This document shows, one piece after another, positions 1 through 10,014 of a DNA stretch of 63,986 nucleotides. The notes beneath the pieces were generated by a model. It saw nothing but the letters and a program-made list of their open reading frames with translations, was not told the origin of the DNA and ran no database searches. A program made the translations under genes and the position numbers. The stretch comes from a virus (lineage: Duplodnaviria > Caudoviricetes), in IMG/VR virus record IMGVR_UViG_3300035701_009376, positions 1 to 63,986 of that record. One strand, 5' to 3'. Within the stretch, counting starts at the first letter, position 1. Each line of letters opens with the position of its first letter.

Positions 1-513
1 ATGACGTACCCTGCGAACTACAGCTTGAACCAGCATATTCGCCGGGTGCTGTACGCGCTCAAGCGGCAGTATGGCGGCGCAGTCGTGGTCTATCAGAACG
101 GTGCGGTGACTACGGATACGAAGACCGGCGAAGTGACCCGGACGAAGACGGCGACCCGCATCCGGCGGGCCATCGTCCTGCCAGTGACGATCAACCGCGA
201 GGTCAAGCAGTCGATCTCCCTGATCTCCGCGAACAAGCAGATGGTCACGGGCGGCGGCTTCGAGTCGGGCAAGCGGACGTTCATCATCGAGCGCCGCGAT
301 TGCCCGAGCCTCGTGCTGCACAAGACGGACTGGTTGGCCTACGATGGCCGCCGGTACGCCATCGAGAACTACGAAGAGTACGAGTTCGAGACGGCGTACA
401 TCATCACGGGCAAGGAAATGCTCGGCGAGGCCCTGGGCGTCGAAGGATCAATCGTCGCTCTTGCGGCGGAGAACACCCTGGCCTTGAACGCCGAAGCCGG
501 AAGGGAGGCATAG
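1..513 (+). CDS. Putative head-closure / head-tail joining protein
   Basis: 170 aa, upstream of the tail genes; C-terminal DWLAYDGRRYAIE resembles head-closure proteins. Confidence 0.5.
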   Translation: MTYPANYSLNQHIRRVLYALKRQYGGAVVVYQNGAVTTDTKTGEVTRTKTATRIRRAIVLPVTINREVKQSISLISANKQMVTGGGFESGKRTFIIERRDCPSLVLHKTDWLAYDGRRYAIENYEEYEFETAYIITGKEMLGEALGVEGSIVALAAENTLALNAEAGREA

Positions 514-515
514 CC

Positions 516-1013
516 ATGTCCGCCAATCCCAACTGGGCACGCTGGGTGTTCGCATCCGTAGCCACCTACCTCAAGGAAGTCGCTCAACAGGAGCACCTTC
601 CTGTTCTGGTCGAAGGTCTGGACGACAGGACCACCGAGTTCATGGAGGCTACGGATCGGTGCGAGGTCCGCATCACAGGGCCGTTCACGAAGGAGCTAAG
701 CCACAACTACTTCCAGATCGAAGTCGTGGTGAACGTGCTGTTCTTGAGCCGTTACGAAGAGCAGAAGAACCAATACGCCATCCTGCAAAAGATCGGCGTA
801 TTCCACGAGGCAATGGACGGAGCTATCGCTGTCTACAAGTACGGAAAGGAACCCGGAGACGACGAGCACGCGCTTGTCGGCTGCCTTTCGCCGGTCCAAG
901 GCCGCCATGATGCCATCCGCGTCATGCACTTTGGGCAGGTCACTCCGACCGACCGGATCAAGCAGTCGATGGTGGATGCTCGCTACCGGATGGAATTGTC
1001 CACCAACCAGTAA
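516..1013 (+). CDS. Putative tail terminator / neck protein
   Basis: ATG 516 after GGGAGG; 165 aa directly before the major tail gene. Confidence 0.5.
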   Translation: MSANPNWARWVFASVATYLKEVAQQEHLPVLVEGLDDRTTEFMEATDRCEVRITGPFTKELSHNYFQIEVVVNVLFLSRYEEQKNQYAILQKIGVFHEAMDGAIAVYKYGKEPGDDEHALVGCLSPVQGRHDAIRVMHFGQVTPTDRIKQSMVDARYRMELSTNQ

Positions 1014-1029
1014 ACAGGAGAACCCGAAC

Positions 1030-1818
1030 ATGGCACGCATCGAACTTCGCGACTGCACCGTGCGGATCAAGGATGGCCTGGGGGCACACCCCACGACCTA
1101 TCCGTGCGTGGCAGAGGCCAACAAGACCCTCACGCCCAGCAAGACGGCGGTAGAGGAAGACGACACCAGTTGCAAGGTGACGGGCATCAGCATCCCTACG
1201 GCGGTCGGCGGGCACACGGAGAAAATCCCCGTCGGCGCGCGTTTCACCATCGTGGGTGAGACGGTCAGCCAGATTCACGTCGTCACGGCCCGCACCCAGG
1301 ACGGGACCGACGAGCACCTGACGACCGACATCACCTTCTCGCCGGCGCTCGGGGCCGGCACCTACGGCACAGACGCCGAGATTACGTTCCTGCCGCAGCA
1401 ACTCGAAGTGAAGATCGGTGAAGGGAACATCACCTACACCGAGCACAACGAGTACAACTACCTGCTCGACAGAGACAATCTGGACACGGTAAAGCAGGGC
1501 AAGGAAGTCCCGATGGACGTGAAGTGGGACAGCGTGTACGAGCACATCACCACCGGCACCAGCGAGAACATCAGCCCGATGGACGCGCTGAAGGGCATTG
1601 GGGCCGCCTCCGAGTGGATTACCTACGCCGAAGACCCGTGCGAACCCTATTCCGTGGCTATCGAGGTCGAGCACGTCCCGCCTTGCGGCACGAGCCAGGG
1701 CGAAACCACGCTCTTCCCCGATTTCCGCTCGGAGACGCGGGAGGTGAACTACAAGGATGCCACAATCTCGGTCACGGGCAAGTGCAACGTCACGGAACCC
1801 GTCGTGACCCGAGCGTAA
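1030..1818 (+). CDS. Major tail (tube) protein
   Basis: ATG 1030 after AGGAG; Thr-rich 262 aa; followed by terminator, chaperone and tape measure genes. Confidence 0.65.
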   Translation: MARIELRDCTVRIKDGLGAHPTTYPCVAEANKTLTPSKTAVEEDDTSCKVTGISIPTAVGGHTEKIPVGARFTIVGETVSQIHVVTARTQDGTDEHLTTDITFSPALGAGTYGTDAEITFLPQQLEVKIGEGNITYTEHNEYNYLLDRDNLDTVKQGKEVPMDVKWDSVYEHITTGTSENISPMDALKGIGAASEWITYAEDPCEPYSVAIEVEHVPPCGTSQGETTLFPDFRSETREVNYKDATISVTGKCNVTEPVVTRA

Positions 1819-1871
1819 GACGACTCCCCGGCCCTTGAGGCCGGTTGGGCTGGCCTACATCGACCAGTCAA

Positions 1872-1920
1872 GCGGTGCCGGCACCGGTGCCGGCACCGCC
1901 TCTTTCTCTTTTCTTTTCGC
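1872..1920 (+). terminator. Probable intrinsic terminator (perfect 28-bp palindrome plus pyrimidine tract)
   Basis: GCGGTGCCGGCACCGGTGCCGGCACCGC at 1872-1899, followed by CTCTTTCTCTTTTCTTTT. Confidence 0.6.
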
Positions 1921-1931
1921 GAGGGAACAAC

Positions 1932-2459
1932 ATGAAGATTGCCGGCATTGATCCGAAATCTCTCTCCAACGAGGTGCTCCTCGTTCTGCCGCGCGGTGAC
2001 AAGGAGATCATCTTCCGCGCCAAGGGCCTGCCCGACATGAGCGAGTTCGAGGCCCTGTGTCCGTACCCCAAGCCGCCGGGGAAACTCACCAAGGATGGCT
2101 GGGTTCCCAACCTCACCGACCCCACCTACCAGCAAGTGCTCAACGAGTGGGCCAAGAAGCGGCTGGGCTACATGGTCTTGAAGTCGCTGGCCCCGTCCGA
2201 GATTGAGTGGGATATGGTCAGGGAGAATGACCCCCGGACCTGGGCGAAGTGGGAAGACGACCTGAAAAGTGGCGGCCTGACGCAGATCGAGTGCAACCGC
2301 GTGCTGGCCCTGGTTTTGGAGGCGAACGCCCTGGACGAGGCCAAGCTGCAAAAGGCCCGCGAGGTTTTTCTTGCTGGTCAAGCTCCAATGCCGCCCGAAT
2401 TCTCTGGCCCAGCTATCGAACCGCCGAGTACGCCGTCTGGCACGCCTGCGAACGGCTAG
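1932..2459 (+). CDS. Tail assembly chaperone (short form)
   Basis: ATG 1932 after GAGGGA; lies between major tail and tape measure genes; overlapping -1 frame ORF follows. Confidence 0.7.
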   Translation: MKIAGIDPKSLSNEVLLVLPRGDKEIIFRAKGLPDMSEFEALCPYPKPPGKLTKDGWVPNLTDPTYQQVLNEWAKKRLGYMVLKSLAPSEIEWDMVRENDPRTWAKWEDDLKSGGLTQIECNRVLALVLEANALDEAKLQKAREVFLAGQAPMPPEFSGPAIEPPSTPSGTPANG

Positions 2460-2635
2460 GTATTCGCCCGCCGGGCGTCAAGCCTTTTTGGGACGAGTGC
2501 GGTGTCGAGACCCAGGCTTTGATCGTTGCCTTCGACCAACTGCGAAGTCACGACGAAGCGGAGCGGGAGGCTCAATTGGCCGGGGCAAGGATGCCGTTCG
2601 GGTGTTCTGTGCGGGGGGTAGATGATAAGCAGTGA
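2363..2635 (+). CDS. Tail assembly chaperone -1 frameshift extension
   Basis: Slippery G GTT TTT at 2363-2369; -1 frame open to 2635 (LWPSYRTAEYAVWHACERLGIRPP...). Confidence 0.6.
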   Translation, partial: GFSCWSSSNAARILWPSYRTAEYAVWHACERLGIRPPGVKPFWDECGVETQALIVAFDQLRSHDEAEREAQLAGARMPFGCSVRGVDDKQ

Positions 2636-3020
2636 CGCGAGCTTGACCGAACATGACTCACTGCACCGCTGCGCTGTTTGCGGCACGCAAAAGCGGGCAC
2701 ATGCCTTTCACAAAGCGCAGCTTGGAAGGAAGAGCCGTCGTCCGTGGTACAAGGATTGTTGCCGCGATTACCAGCTTCGGAAGAAGTTTGGCCTCAATCG
2801 GGCTGGCTACGACACCATGTTGCGGCAGCAAGGAGGCCGGTGCGCGATTTGTGGGAGTCTTGATCCCGGCACCAATGCGAAGGGCTGGTTCTGCATCGAC
2901 CACGACCACAAGACAGGTGCAGTGCGCGGCCTCTTGTGTAATCGGTGCGACACGGGCTTGGGAGACTTCAAGGACGATCCCCAGACGTTGCGCAGGGCGG
3001 CGGCTTACGCGGAGGGCACC
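2622..3020 (+). CDS. Endonuclease VII-like (homing-type) domain, read in frame into the next gene
   Basis: QGGRCAICG, IDHDHKTGAVRGLLCNRCDTGLG motifs; no stop before ATG 3021. Confidence 0.8.
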
Positions 3021-3554
3021 ATGAAGTTCACGGCCAAGTTCGCCCTTCCGCGCATCGATGTGGCCGGCTACCGCACGGCCTTGGACAAGCACATGAGCGA
3101 GATGAGCGCGCAGGGCCTCATGGTGTGGTTGGAGGCGGTCTTGGCGGAGATTCCGGTGTGGAGCGGCGCATCGCGGGCGACGTTCGTGAAGCTGGCCCAG
3201 GAGATCGGCTTCAATCTGCCAGTTGCCCCGGCCGCCGTGGAATCGGCCCACGGCCTGTTCACGAGCCGGATCGACCGCACGGCGATGGGGCGGGCCGCCA
3301 GTGACGGGAAGCTGACGGCCAACAAGGAGACGGGCGAGTACACGTTCACCTACGGCACGACGCTGCCGTGGCTGATTTGGAATGAGTACCACAACGCCAA
3401 CGTCGATCCCGACCCGACCTTGTTCTACCGCCTGCTCAATCCCGGTCCCTACAACTTTCAGATCGTCGGTGCCAGGGCCTTCCTCGATTTCGCCAGCAAG
3501 GTGAATCTGCCGCCGGTGAAATCTCACGTCCGTTCGGTTCCTGTCAAGTTCTAA
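3021..3554 (+). CDS. Putative tail-completion / neck protein (HK97 gp10-like)
   Basis: Own GGAGG RBS and ATG; IPVWSGASRA resembles the PVxTGxLR motif. Confidence 0.5.
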   Translation: MKFTAKFALPRIDVAGYRTALDKHMSEMSAQGLMVWLEAVLAEIPVWSGASRATFVKLAQEIGFNLPVAPAAVESAHGLFTSRIDRTAMGRAASDGKLTANKETGEYTFTYGTTLPWLIWNEYHNANVDPDPTLFYRLLNPGPYNFQIVGARAFLDFASKVNLPPVKSHVRSVPVKF

Positions 3555-3563
3555 GGTGTCGCA

Positions 3564-6500
3564 ATGGCCGACGAAATCGTCAATAAGCTCGGCTTCAGTG
3601 TCGAAGACGCCCTGCGCGAGCTTCGACGCTTGGACGATGCGCTGGCGAATTCCGGTCTGGCAATGCGGACCTTCGGCGGCGAGTTGGACGCCTGGAACGA
3701 TCAGGCAGCGGCCATCGTTACGAAGATGAAGGCAATGGCGACGGCTGCCACCCAGGTGGTCGAAGCCATGAAGGCGGGCGGCGGAATGGCGGCCCCGGCG
3801 GCTCCGGCCGCGCCGGCTGGTGCGTCGGCGTCGGGCCTGTGGCTGCCGCCCGGCGTGGCCGACGAGACGAAGAAGCTGACGACGGCGCTGCAAGGCGCGG
3901 GGGCAGCCGGAGCGGCGGCTGGCAATCAGATCAAGTCCGGCATGGGCGAGGCCGGCAACGAGACCGAAAAAACGGGGAAAAGTGCCGACCACCTGCGTGT
4001 CACGTTCGGCACGATGGGCCGGATCATCGTTACCCAAATGATTGTCCGGGCCATGAGCCAGATTCGCGACGCCCTACGCGACGCCGTGACGGAATCCATC
4101 GAGTTCCAGCGGCGGATCGCCGAAATCGAGACGGTCGCGCCGCGGGTCGGCGGCAGCTTCGCCTCCCTGACCAGCGAGGCGGCCGAGTTTGCCAAGCAGT
4201 TCAACATCCCTCTGGCCCAGGCAGCCGAGGGTCTGTATCAGACGATCTCGGACCAGTTCTCCAGCGTGTCGGAACGGACCAACATCATGTCGGCGGCCAT
4301 GAAGCTGGCGAAGGTCGGCGTCATGGACTTCCAGGACGCCACCACGCTGCTGACCGGTACGCTCAATGCCTTCGGCATGACGAGTGAGCAGGCCGATGTT
4401 GTGGCCGCGAAGTTCTTTACCACGATCAAGTTGGGGCATGTCCGTGGCAAGGAACTGGCGGACACGCTGGGGCAGGTCATTCCTATCGCCGCCGAGTTGG
4501 GCGTGAGCCTGGATGAAGTCAACGCTGCGATGGTCGCTTTGACCATCGGCGGCCTGGACGCCCACAAATCGACGACGGCCTTGCGCGGGGCCATGACTGG
4601 CTTCTTGAAGCCCTCGGAAGACATGAAGAAAGTCCTCCGGGAGTTGGGCTACACGTCGGCCGAACAGTTGATCCAGGCCAAGGGCCTCCAAGGTGCCCTG
4701 CAAGCGGTGGCGGACGCCTCGGACAACATGGCGTCCAGCATCGCCAAGTCGTTCCGCAACGTCCGCGCCTTGACGGCCGAATTGCGGTTGACGGGGAGCG
4801 GGGCCAAACAAGTCGAAGACGCCATGAAGGAAATGGCGACCTCGACGCCCGACATGCTGAACAGAATCTACGAGCAGTTCACCAGCACGGATGCGGAGAA
4901 GCTGACCCGCGAGATCAACCGCCTCAAGATTACGTTGACGCAAGACTTCGGTGCCGGGCTGACCGGCGCGTTGGCGACCGTCATGCAGTTTGTCGGCGGG
5001 GCCGACCGGCTGGCGTCGGCGATTCAAGCCATCGCGGCGGCCTGCGTCCCTGCGGGCTTGGCCCTGATCGGGTTGGCGGCCAAGGGTGCCATCGCCGCCC
5101 TGGCGCTGGGGCCGATTGGCTGGACGATCCTGGGCATCACCGCCGCCTTGTCGCTCTTCGTCGGCGGGGTGGTCTACACGACGGCGCAGTCCATCGCCGA
5201 GACCCGCCGGCTCGCCACCGAGCAGCGGCAGGCCACGATGGAATACTTGAAGAGCAAGGAGGAAGAGCTACGCAAGCTGCGTGAGGTGGAAGCGAAGAAG
5301 TTGCAGGAAGAGAACCGGTCGTGGGAAGAACGCGCGGCGAAGATGCGCCGATCCTACTTCAAAGCCCTGGACGAACTGCGCGACAAGAACCGTGACATCA
5401 TCGACAGCGACCGGCAGACGATGCAGTCGATGATTAGCTCGCAAGAGCGTGTCGTGGCGGCGTACCGCAATGCGGCGCAGGCCGCGGCGCGCATGGTTCA
5501 GGAGTCGCAGAACCGGCGTGTCACCTTGGAGGGTCAGTACGCCGATCTCTTGTTCAAGGAACGGATCGAGACGCAACTGCGGCTCGACGACCAGCAGAAA
5601 GCCAGTGCGATTCTGCGTCGAAGCTGGGAGTTGGAAGCCCAGGCCAACAAGATGCTGGTCAACGCGCAGACGGAAGCCGACGTGCAGCGGGCACAGGCCG
5701 TCTCGCAGCGGGCCGAGACGTACTTGAAGGAAGGCACAGCCCTCGCCAAGGAAGTGGGCGATAGCTGGCTGGTGTACCAGGCCGAGCGGAGCATCCGCAC
5801 GAACCTGGAAGGGCGGCTTGCGGCCGAGATGAAGTTGGAGGAATTGCAGGCGGCCCGCGCCCAGCGTTTGGCGGACGAAGCTGCCAAGGAGCAGGGCCGG
5901 CTCGACAAGATGAAAGTCCTGATGAAGGACATCTTGGCCGATCTGCAAGCCTTTGACAAGCAAGGTGCCAAGACGCCACAGGCGCTTGCGGAACAACAGG
6001 CCCGGCTCACGGCGAACATCGCACAGTTCCAAGACCTATGGATGGGTGGAAAGAAAGTCGATGTCGCGGACCTGTTGGCCTTCGATCAGCTTCAGCGCCG
6101 CGTGACCCTGGCCTTGGAAGGCGGCGTGTCGGAGGCAGAGGTCAGCAAACTCTATGCGGCTCCCGCGACGTTCGCCAAGTTCCGTTCGGAGATTGAGCAG
6201 GGTGTGGGGCCAGTGCGCCTGATGATCGAGTGGGGCGGGCTATCCAGCCCTCGCTTGAAGGAAGCCACGAAGGGCATGACGGCCGAAGAGACGATGGCGC
6301 AGTACAGCCAGCAGTTGGAGCGATCCAAGGAGATCATCGACCGCTTTGAGGGCATGAGGGGCGCGTTGACGGTCGCCAATGAGGGGTTGGCCCGGAGCCA
6401 ACAGGACATCAAGGCTGCGTTGGATCGCTGGGCAAACGTCGGCTGGGTCAACGACCTGAAGCGCTTTGGCGGGTTGGCCGCGATTGCGGCGAACAAGAAC

Positions 6501-7331
6501 AGTTTGTTCCCTGGCCGGTTCCAGCCGATTCGGGACGCGATCATCGCCCTGGAAGAGGCCATCAACAAGTTCAATGCCCCCGGTGCGAAACCCGGCACCG
6601 AAGACCTGGAGAAACTCCAAGCTGCCTACAAGCTGTACTTGGAGGCCGTCCGGCCGAAAGCCGCCAGCAAGGCCGCCTTGGACGAGTTTATGAAACTCGC
6701 CGAAGGGGCGGTCGCGGCGGCCCAAAGGGTGGACGCCATGCAGAAGGGCGTCAAGGAGATGGCGAAACCGGCGGCCGAGGCCACGGAGGATCGGGCGGCC
6801 ATCCAGGAAGCCTTGCGGGCGGTGGAAGAAGGCGCACGCCGGGTGCAGGGCAGCGCGGAAGGGGTGAAGACCGAGACCAAGGGTGCGCACCAAGCGCTCA
6901 CGGAAGTGTCGCAGCTCAATCTCGGCGGCCTGATCGGTCAGGCCGAGGCGTTGGCCGACGCCATGTGGAGCGCGGCAATGGCTTCGCAGAGCGTAGCCGC
7001 CCCGACCCCGGCACCCGTTTTGACGGCTGCCCACGGAGGCATCGCATGGAAGTTTCTCGCCAGCGGAGGGCCGGCGGGCACGGACGTGATCCCGGCAATG
7101 CTTTCGCCGGGCGAGGTGGTGATTAACGCCGCCTCGGCGCGGAAGTTCGCCGCGCAACTGACCGCCATCAATGCCGGCGTACAGCCGGTCTATCGTAGCG
7201 AAGGCGGCAGCGTCACCAACATTGGTGACATCAACGTGACTGTGAACGACGGCGGAACCAGCCGCCAGACGGCTAGGTCCATCGCCGCTGAGTTGCGAAG
7301 GGAACTGCGGCGTGGCACGGCAACCTTGTAA
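3564..7331 (+). CDS. Tail tape measure protein (TP901-like core)
   Basis: 1255 aa, Ala-rich and helical; TP901-type core, central hydrophobic stretch, C-terminal GTDVIPAMLSPGEVVINA motif. Confidence 0.9.
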   Translation: MADEIVNKLGFSVEDALRELRRLDDALANSGLAMRTFGGELDAWNDQAAAIVTKMKAMATAATQVVEAMKAGGGMAAPAAPAAPAGASASGLWLPPGVADETKKLTTALQGAGAAGAAAGNQIKSGMGEAGNETEKTGKSADHLRVTFGTMGRIIVTQMIVRAMSQIRDALRDAVTESIEFQRRIAEIETVAPRVGGSFASLTSEAAEFAKQFNIPLAQAAEGLYQTISDQFSSVSERTNIMSAAMKLAKVGVMDFQDATTLLTGTLNAFGMTSEQADVVAAKFFTTIKLGHVRGKELADTLGQVIPIAAELGVSLDEVNAAMVALTIGGLDAHKSTTALRGAMTGFLKPSEDMKKVLRELGYTSAEQLIQAKGLQGALQAVADASDNMASSIAKSFRNVRALTAELRLTGSGAKQVEDAMKEMATSTPDMLNRIYEQFTSTDAEKLTREINRLKITLTQDFGAGLTGALATVMQFVGGADRLASAIQAIAAACVPAGLALIGLAAKGAIAALALGPIGWTILGITAALSLFVGGVVYTTAQSIAETRRLATEQRQATMEYLKSKEEELRKLREVEAKKLQEENRSWEERAAKMRRSYFKALDELRDKNRDIIDSDRQTMQSMISSQERVVAAYRNAAQAAARMVQESQNRRVTLEGQYADLLFKERIETQLRLDDQQKASAILRRSWELEAQANKMLVNAQTEADVQRAQAVSQRAETYLKEGTALAKEVGDSWLVYQAERSIRTNLEGRLAAEMKLEELQAARAQRLADEAAKEQGRLDKMKVLMKDILADLQAFDKQGAKTPQALAEQQARLTANIAQFQDLWMGGKKVDVADLLAFDQLQRRVTLALEGGVSEAEVSKLYAAPATFAKFRSEIEQGVGPVRLMIEWGGLSSPRLKEATKGMTAEETMAQYSQQLERSKEIIDRFEGMRGALTVANEGLARSQQDIKAALDRWANVGWVNDLKRFGGLAAIAANKNSLFPGRFQPIRDAIIALEEAINKFNAPGAKPGTEDLEKLQAAYKLYLEAVRPKAASKAALDEFMKLAEGAVAAAQRVDAMQKGVKEMAKPAAEATEDRAAIQEALRAVEEGARRVQGSAEGVKTETKGAHQALTEVSQLNLGGLIGQAEALADAMWSAAMASQSVAAPTPAPVLTAAHGGIAWKFLASGGPAGTDVIPAMLSPGEVVINAASARKFAAQLTAINAGVQPVYRSEGGSVTNIGDINVTVNDGGTSRQTARSIAAELRRELRRGTATL

Positions 7332-7355
7332 CCCTTTTCATCGAGAGGAAAACCC

Positions 7356-7961
7356 ATGAGCGTCAATCAGTTGAACGTGAATCAGAAGGCGGGTTGCAGC
7401 GTGGTCCGCGCCCGCAAGGTCGGCGACCAACTGGAACCGCGCGGCCGGTTCGTGGTCGAGCACTTCCGCAAGGGCGTGAAGATCGGCGAGTACGAATTCC
7501 CCAACGGGATCACCAACGAGGGGAAGAACAAGCTGTTGGGAGTGATGTTCCACGGCGTCTCGGCCATCACGACCTGGTGGATCGGCATGATCGACAACAC
7601 GGGCTACACCGCGTTGGCCGCCGGGGACACCTACGCTCAGATCAACGGGAGCAACGGCTGGGACGAGTTCACCGACTACACCGACCCGGCCAACAGCGAC
7701 AGCGGAACCACCCGGCCCGAGTGGACCGAGGGCGCGGCTGCCAGCCAGGCTATCACCAACGCCAGCCCGGTGGTCTTCGACATCACCGACAGCGGCACGG
7801 TCAAGGGCCTGTTCCTGGTCGGCGGGGCCGCCAACGCCCAGAACAAGGACGACCACGAAGCGGCCGGGGCCGTGCTCTGGGCCACCGCGCTGTTCAACAC
7901 CGGCGATGTGGCCGTCAATGCCGACGACCAATTGAAGGTGACGTACACCGTCTCGGCGTAA
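7356..7961 (+). CDS. Virion structural (minor tail) protein
   Basis: 201 aa after tape measure; PNGITNEG ... DQLKVTYTVS typical of tail/baseplate proteins. Confidence 0.6.
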   Translation: MSVNQLNVNQKAGCSVVRARKVGDQLEPRGRFVVEHFRKGVKIGEYEFPNGITNEGKNKLLGVMFHGVSAITTWWIGMIDNTGYTALAAGDTYAQINGSNGWDEFTDYTDPANSDSGTTRPEWTEGAAASQAITNASPVVFDITDSGTVKGLFLVGGAANAQNKDDHEAAGAVLWATALFNTGDVAVNADDQLKVTYTVSA

Positions 7962-7978
7962 CGACACTCCCTCGCCAC

Positions 7979-8033
7979 GAGTCGGGCGGGGTTTCGCAAG
8001 AAGCCCCGCTCGGCTCTTCTTTCGCCTCTTCTC
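7979..8033 (+). terminator. Intrinsic terminator
   Basis: GAGTCGGGCGGGGTTTC-GCAA-GAAGCCCCGCTCGGCTC, then a T/C-rich tail. Confidence 0.7.
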
Positions 8034-8047
8034 TGTGAGGAATCACG

Positions 8048-9025
8048 ATGGCCTACGAACGATTTGCAAACGGCGGACTTTCTTCGCTGGATGCGGGGAT
8101 CGACAACGACGATCTCAGCCTGACGGTGAAGTCGGCTGTCGGATTCCCCACTGGCGGCAACTTCCGCATCATCATCGACAGCGAGATCATGCTGGTCACG
8201 AATGTTCAGGGCAAGACCTTCACGGTCTCGCGGGCGCAGGAGGGGACCAGCGCTGCCAGCCACGACGCCGATGCCGCTGTCTTCCACATCCTGACGGCCG
8301 GGAGCCTGGCCCAGCGGGACATCGACCAATTTGCCACCGGCGCGATGGCCGACCGTGATACGGCCGGGCAGGCGGGTCGGCTCTATCTGCCGAACGAGGG
8401 CCTGGTGGCCCAGGACAACGGCTCCCTGTGGGACATGCTGCCCCTGAACCGCCTGACGCCCCCGGCCAGCGCCGACTTTAGCTGGGTCAACCAGGGTGGC
8501 GCGACGGTCGCCGATACCAAGGGGACGATGGTCTTGACCACGCCGAGCACGGCGGGGACCGACAGCCTGCGCTGCCTGGTCAAGAGCGCCCCGGCCACGC
8601 CTTACGAAATCACGGTCGCCATGCTGGCCCAGAATCCACCTTACAACGGTTCCAGCGTCGTCCCGCAGTACGGCATTTGTTGGCGCGAGAGTGCCTCCGG
8701 CAAGCTGTTGACCTATGGCTGGGGCGGCACCAACTATCCGGGGTACTTCACCTATGCCCAATGGACGAACCCCACGACGCTCTCCGGCGGCCAGTTCCAG
8801 TACGGCGCGCCGATGATTGCACCGTTCTGGGTCCGCTTCTCGGACGATGGCACCAACCGCTACGTCAAGATTTCCAGCGACGGATTCAACTTCGCGCCCG
8901 TCCAACCAGGGCAGGGGCGCACCGTGTTTCTTACGGCCGATCAAGTCGGCGTGTTCGCCAACAGTTGGAAAGCCGCCAACGGCATCCAGCGCGTTGTTTC
9001 CTTCCTGCATTGGAGGCAAGCATAA
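8048..9025 (+). CDS. Tail fibre / receptor-binding-like protein, paralogue 1
   Basis: Shares N-terminal (GNFRIxxDxEI, V.R..EGT.A..H), WVNQG and SxDG motifs with the next two genes. Confidence 0.6.
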   Translation: MAYERFANGGLSSLDAGIDNDDLSLTVKSAVGFPTGGNFRIIIDSEIMLVTNVQGKTFTVSRAQEGTSAASHDADAAVFHILTAGSLAQRDIDQFATGAMADRDTAGQAGRLYLPNEGLVAQDNGSLWDMLPLNRLTPPASADFSWVNQGGATVADTKGTMVLTTPSTAGTDSLRCLVKSAPATPYEITVAMLAQNPPYNGSSVVPQYGICWRESASGKLLTYGWGGTNYPGYFTYAQWTNPTTLSGGQFQYGAPMIAPFWVRFSDDGTNRYVKISSDGFNFAPVQPGQGRTVFLTADQVGVFANSWKAANGIQRVVSFLHWRQA

Positions 9026-10014
9026 TGGCCGAGCTATTCAAGAACCTCGCCAGCACCACGCTTAATGGCGACATCGACGACAGCACTACGTCGGTGGTCG
9101 TCAACAGTGCGATGGGCTTCACCGGCGGCAACTTCCGCATCCTCGTGGACAGCGAGATTATGAAGGTCACGGGCGTCAGCGGCACCACGCTGACGGTCGT
9201 GCGCCAGCAGGAAGGAACGTCGGCGTCGGCGCACAGCAACGGTGCGGCCGTCAAGCACGTCTTGACGGCCGGGGCGCTGGACGCCCACGACCAGAACGAC
9301 CTGGCGGCGTATGACACGTTCGCCAACCGGCCCGCCGCCGGCACACCGGGACGCATCTTCCTGCCCAGCGACGGGTTGTTCATCGAGCGCGACAACGGCG
9401 CGACGTGGGAGAAGTTCGGCCCGATCTGGCCCATGACTCCTCCGGTGGCGTCCGATTTCCCGACCTGGGTGAACCAAGGCTCAGCCACCATCACGGACAA
9501 CAAAGGGGCCATCTGGCTGTACTCGCCCTACTCCAGCACGGAGAATCTGCGCATCCGGGTGAAGTCCTATCCGGCCACGCCGTTCACGGTGGAGATGGTC
9601 CTGTTGCCGAACGTCTGGATGTACACAGGCAACATCGCGATGGGGCTTTGCCTCCGCGACTCCGTGAGCCAAAAGCTGGTCTGCGTCGGACTCGGCGGTG
9701 GCACCTCCGACATGCAGATCAAGGGCGGCAATTGGACCAGCCACACTTCGTACAGTGGCGGCATCACGGGTTGGCCGAGCAATATGCACCACTCGGAGTC
9801 GCCCTTGATCTTCCTCAAGTATTACGACGACGGCTCCGCGAACCGCGTCTGGTCGGTCTCGGTGGACGGTACTACCTGGACGCAACTGGTCAGCATCAGC
9901 CGCACCGATTTCCTCACGCCCAACCAGATTGGGATTTTCGTCAACTCGGGCTGCGGCTACAACTCGCCGTATGCCGACATTGGCATGACGGTTCTCAGTT
10001 GGAGGCAATACTAA
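9025..10014 (+). CDS. Tail fibre / receptor-binding-like protein, paralogue 2
   Basis: TAATG overlap; MAELFKNLASTTL..., same architecture, 329 aa. Confidence 0.6.
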   Translation: MAELFKNLASTTLNGDIDDSTTSVVVNSAMGFTGGNFRILVDSEIMKVTGVSGTTLTVVRQQEGTSASAHSNGAAVKHVLTAGALDAHDQNDLAAYDTFANRPAAGTPGRIFLPSDGLFIERDNGATWEKFGPIWPMTPPVASDFPTWVNQGSATITDNKGAIWLYSPYSSTENLRIRVKSYPATPFTVEMVLLPNVWMYTGNIAMGLCLRDSVSQKLVCVGLGGGTSDMQIKGGNWTSHTSYSGGITGWPSNMHHSESPLIFLKYYDDGSANRVWSVSVDGTTWTQLVSISRTDFLTPNQIGIFVNSGCGYNSPYADIGMTVLSWRQY

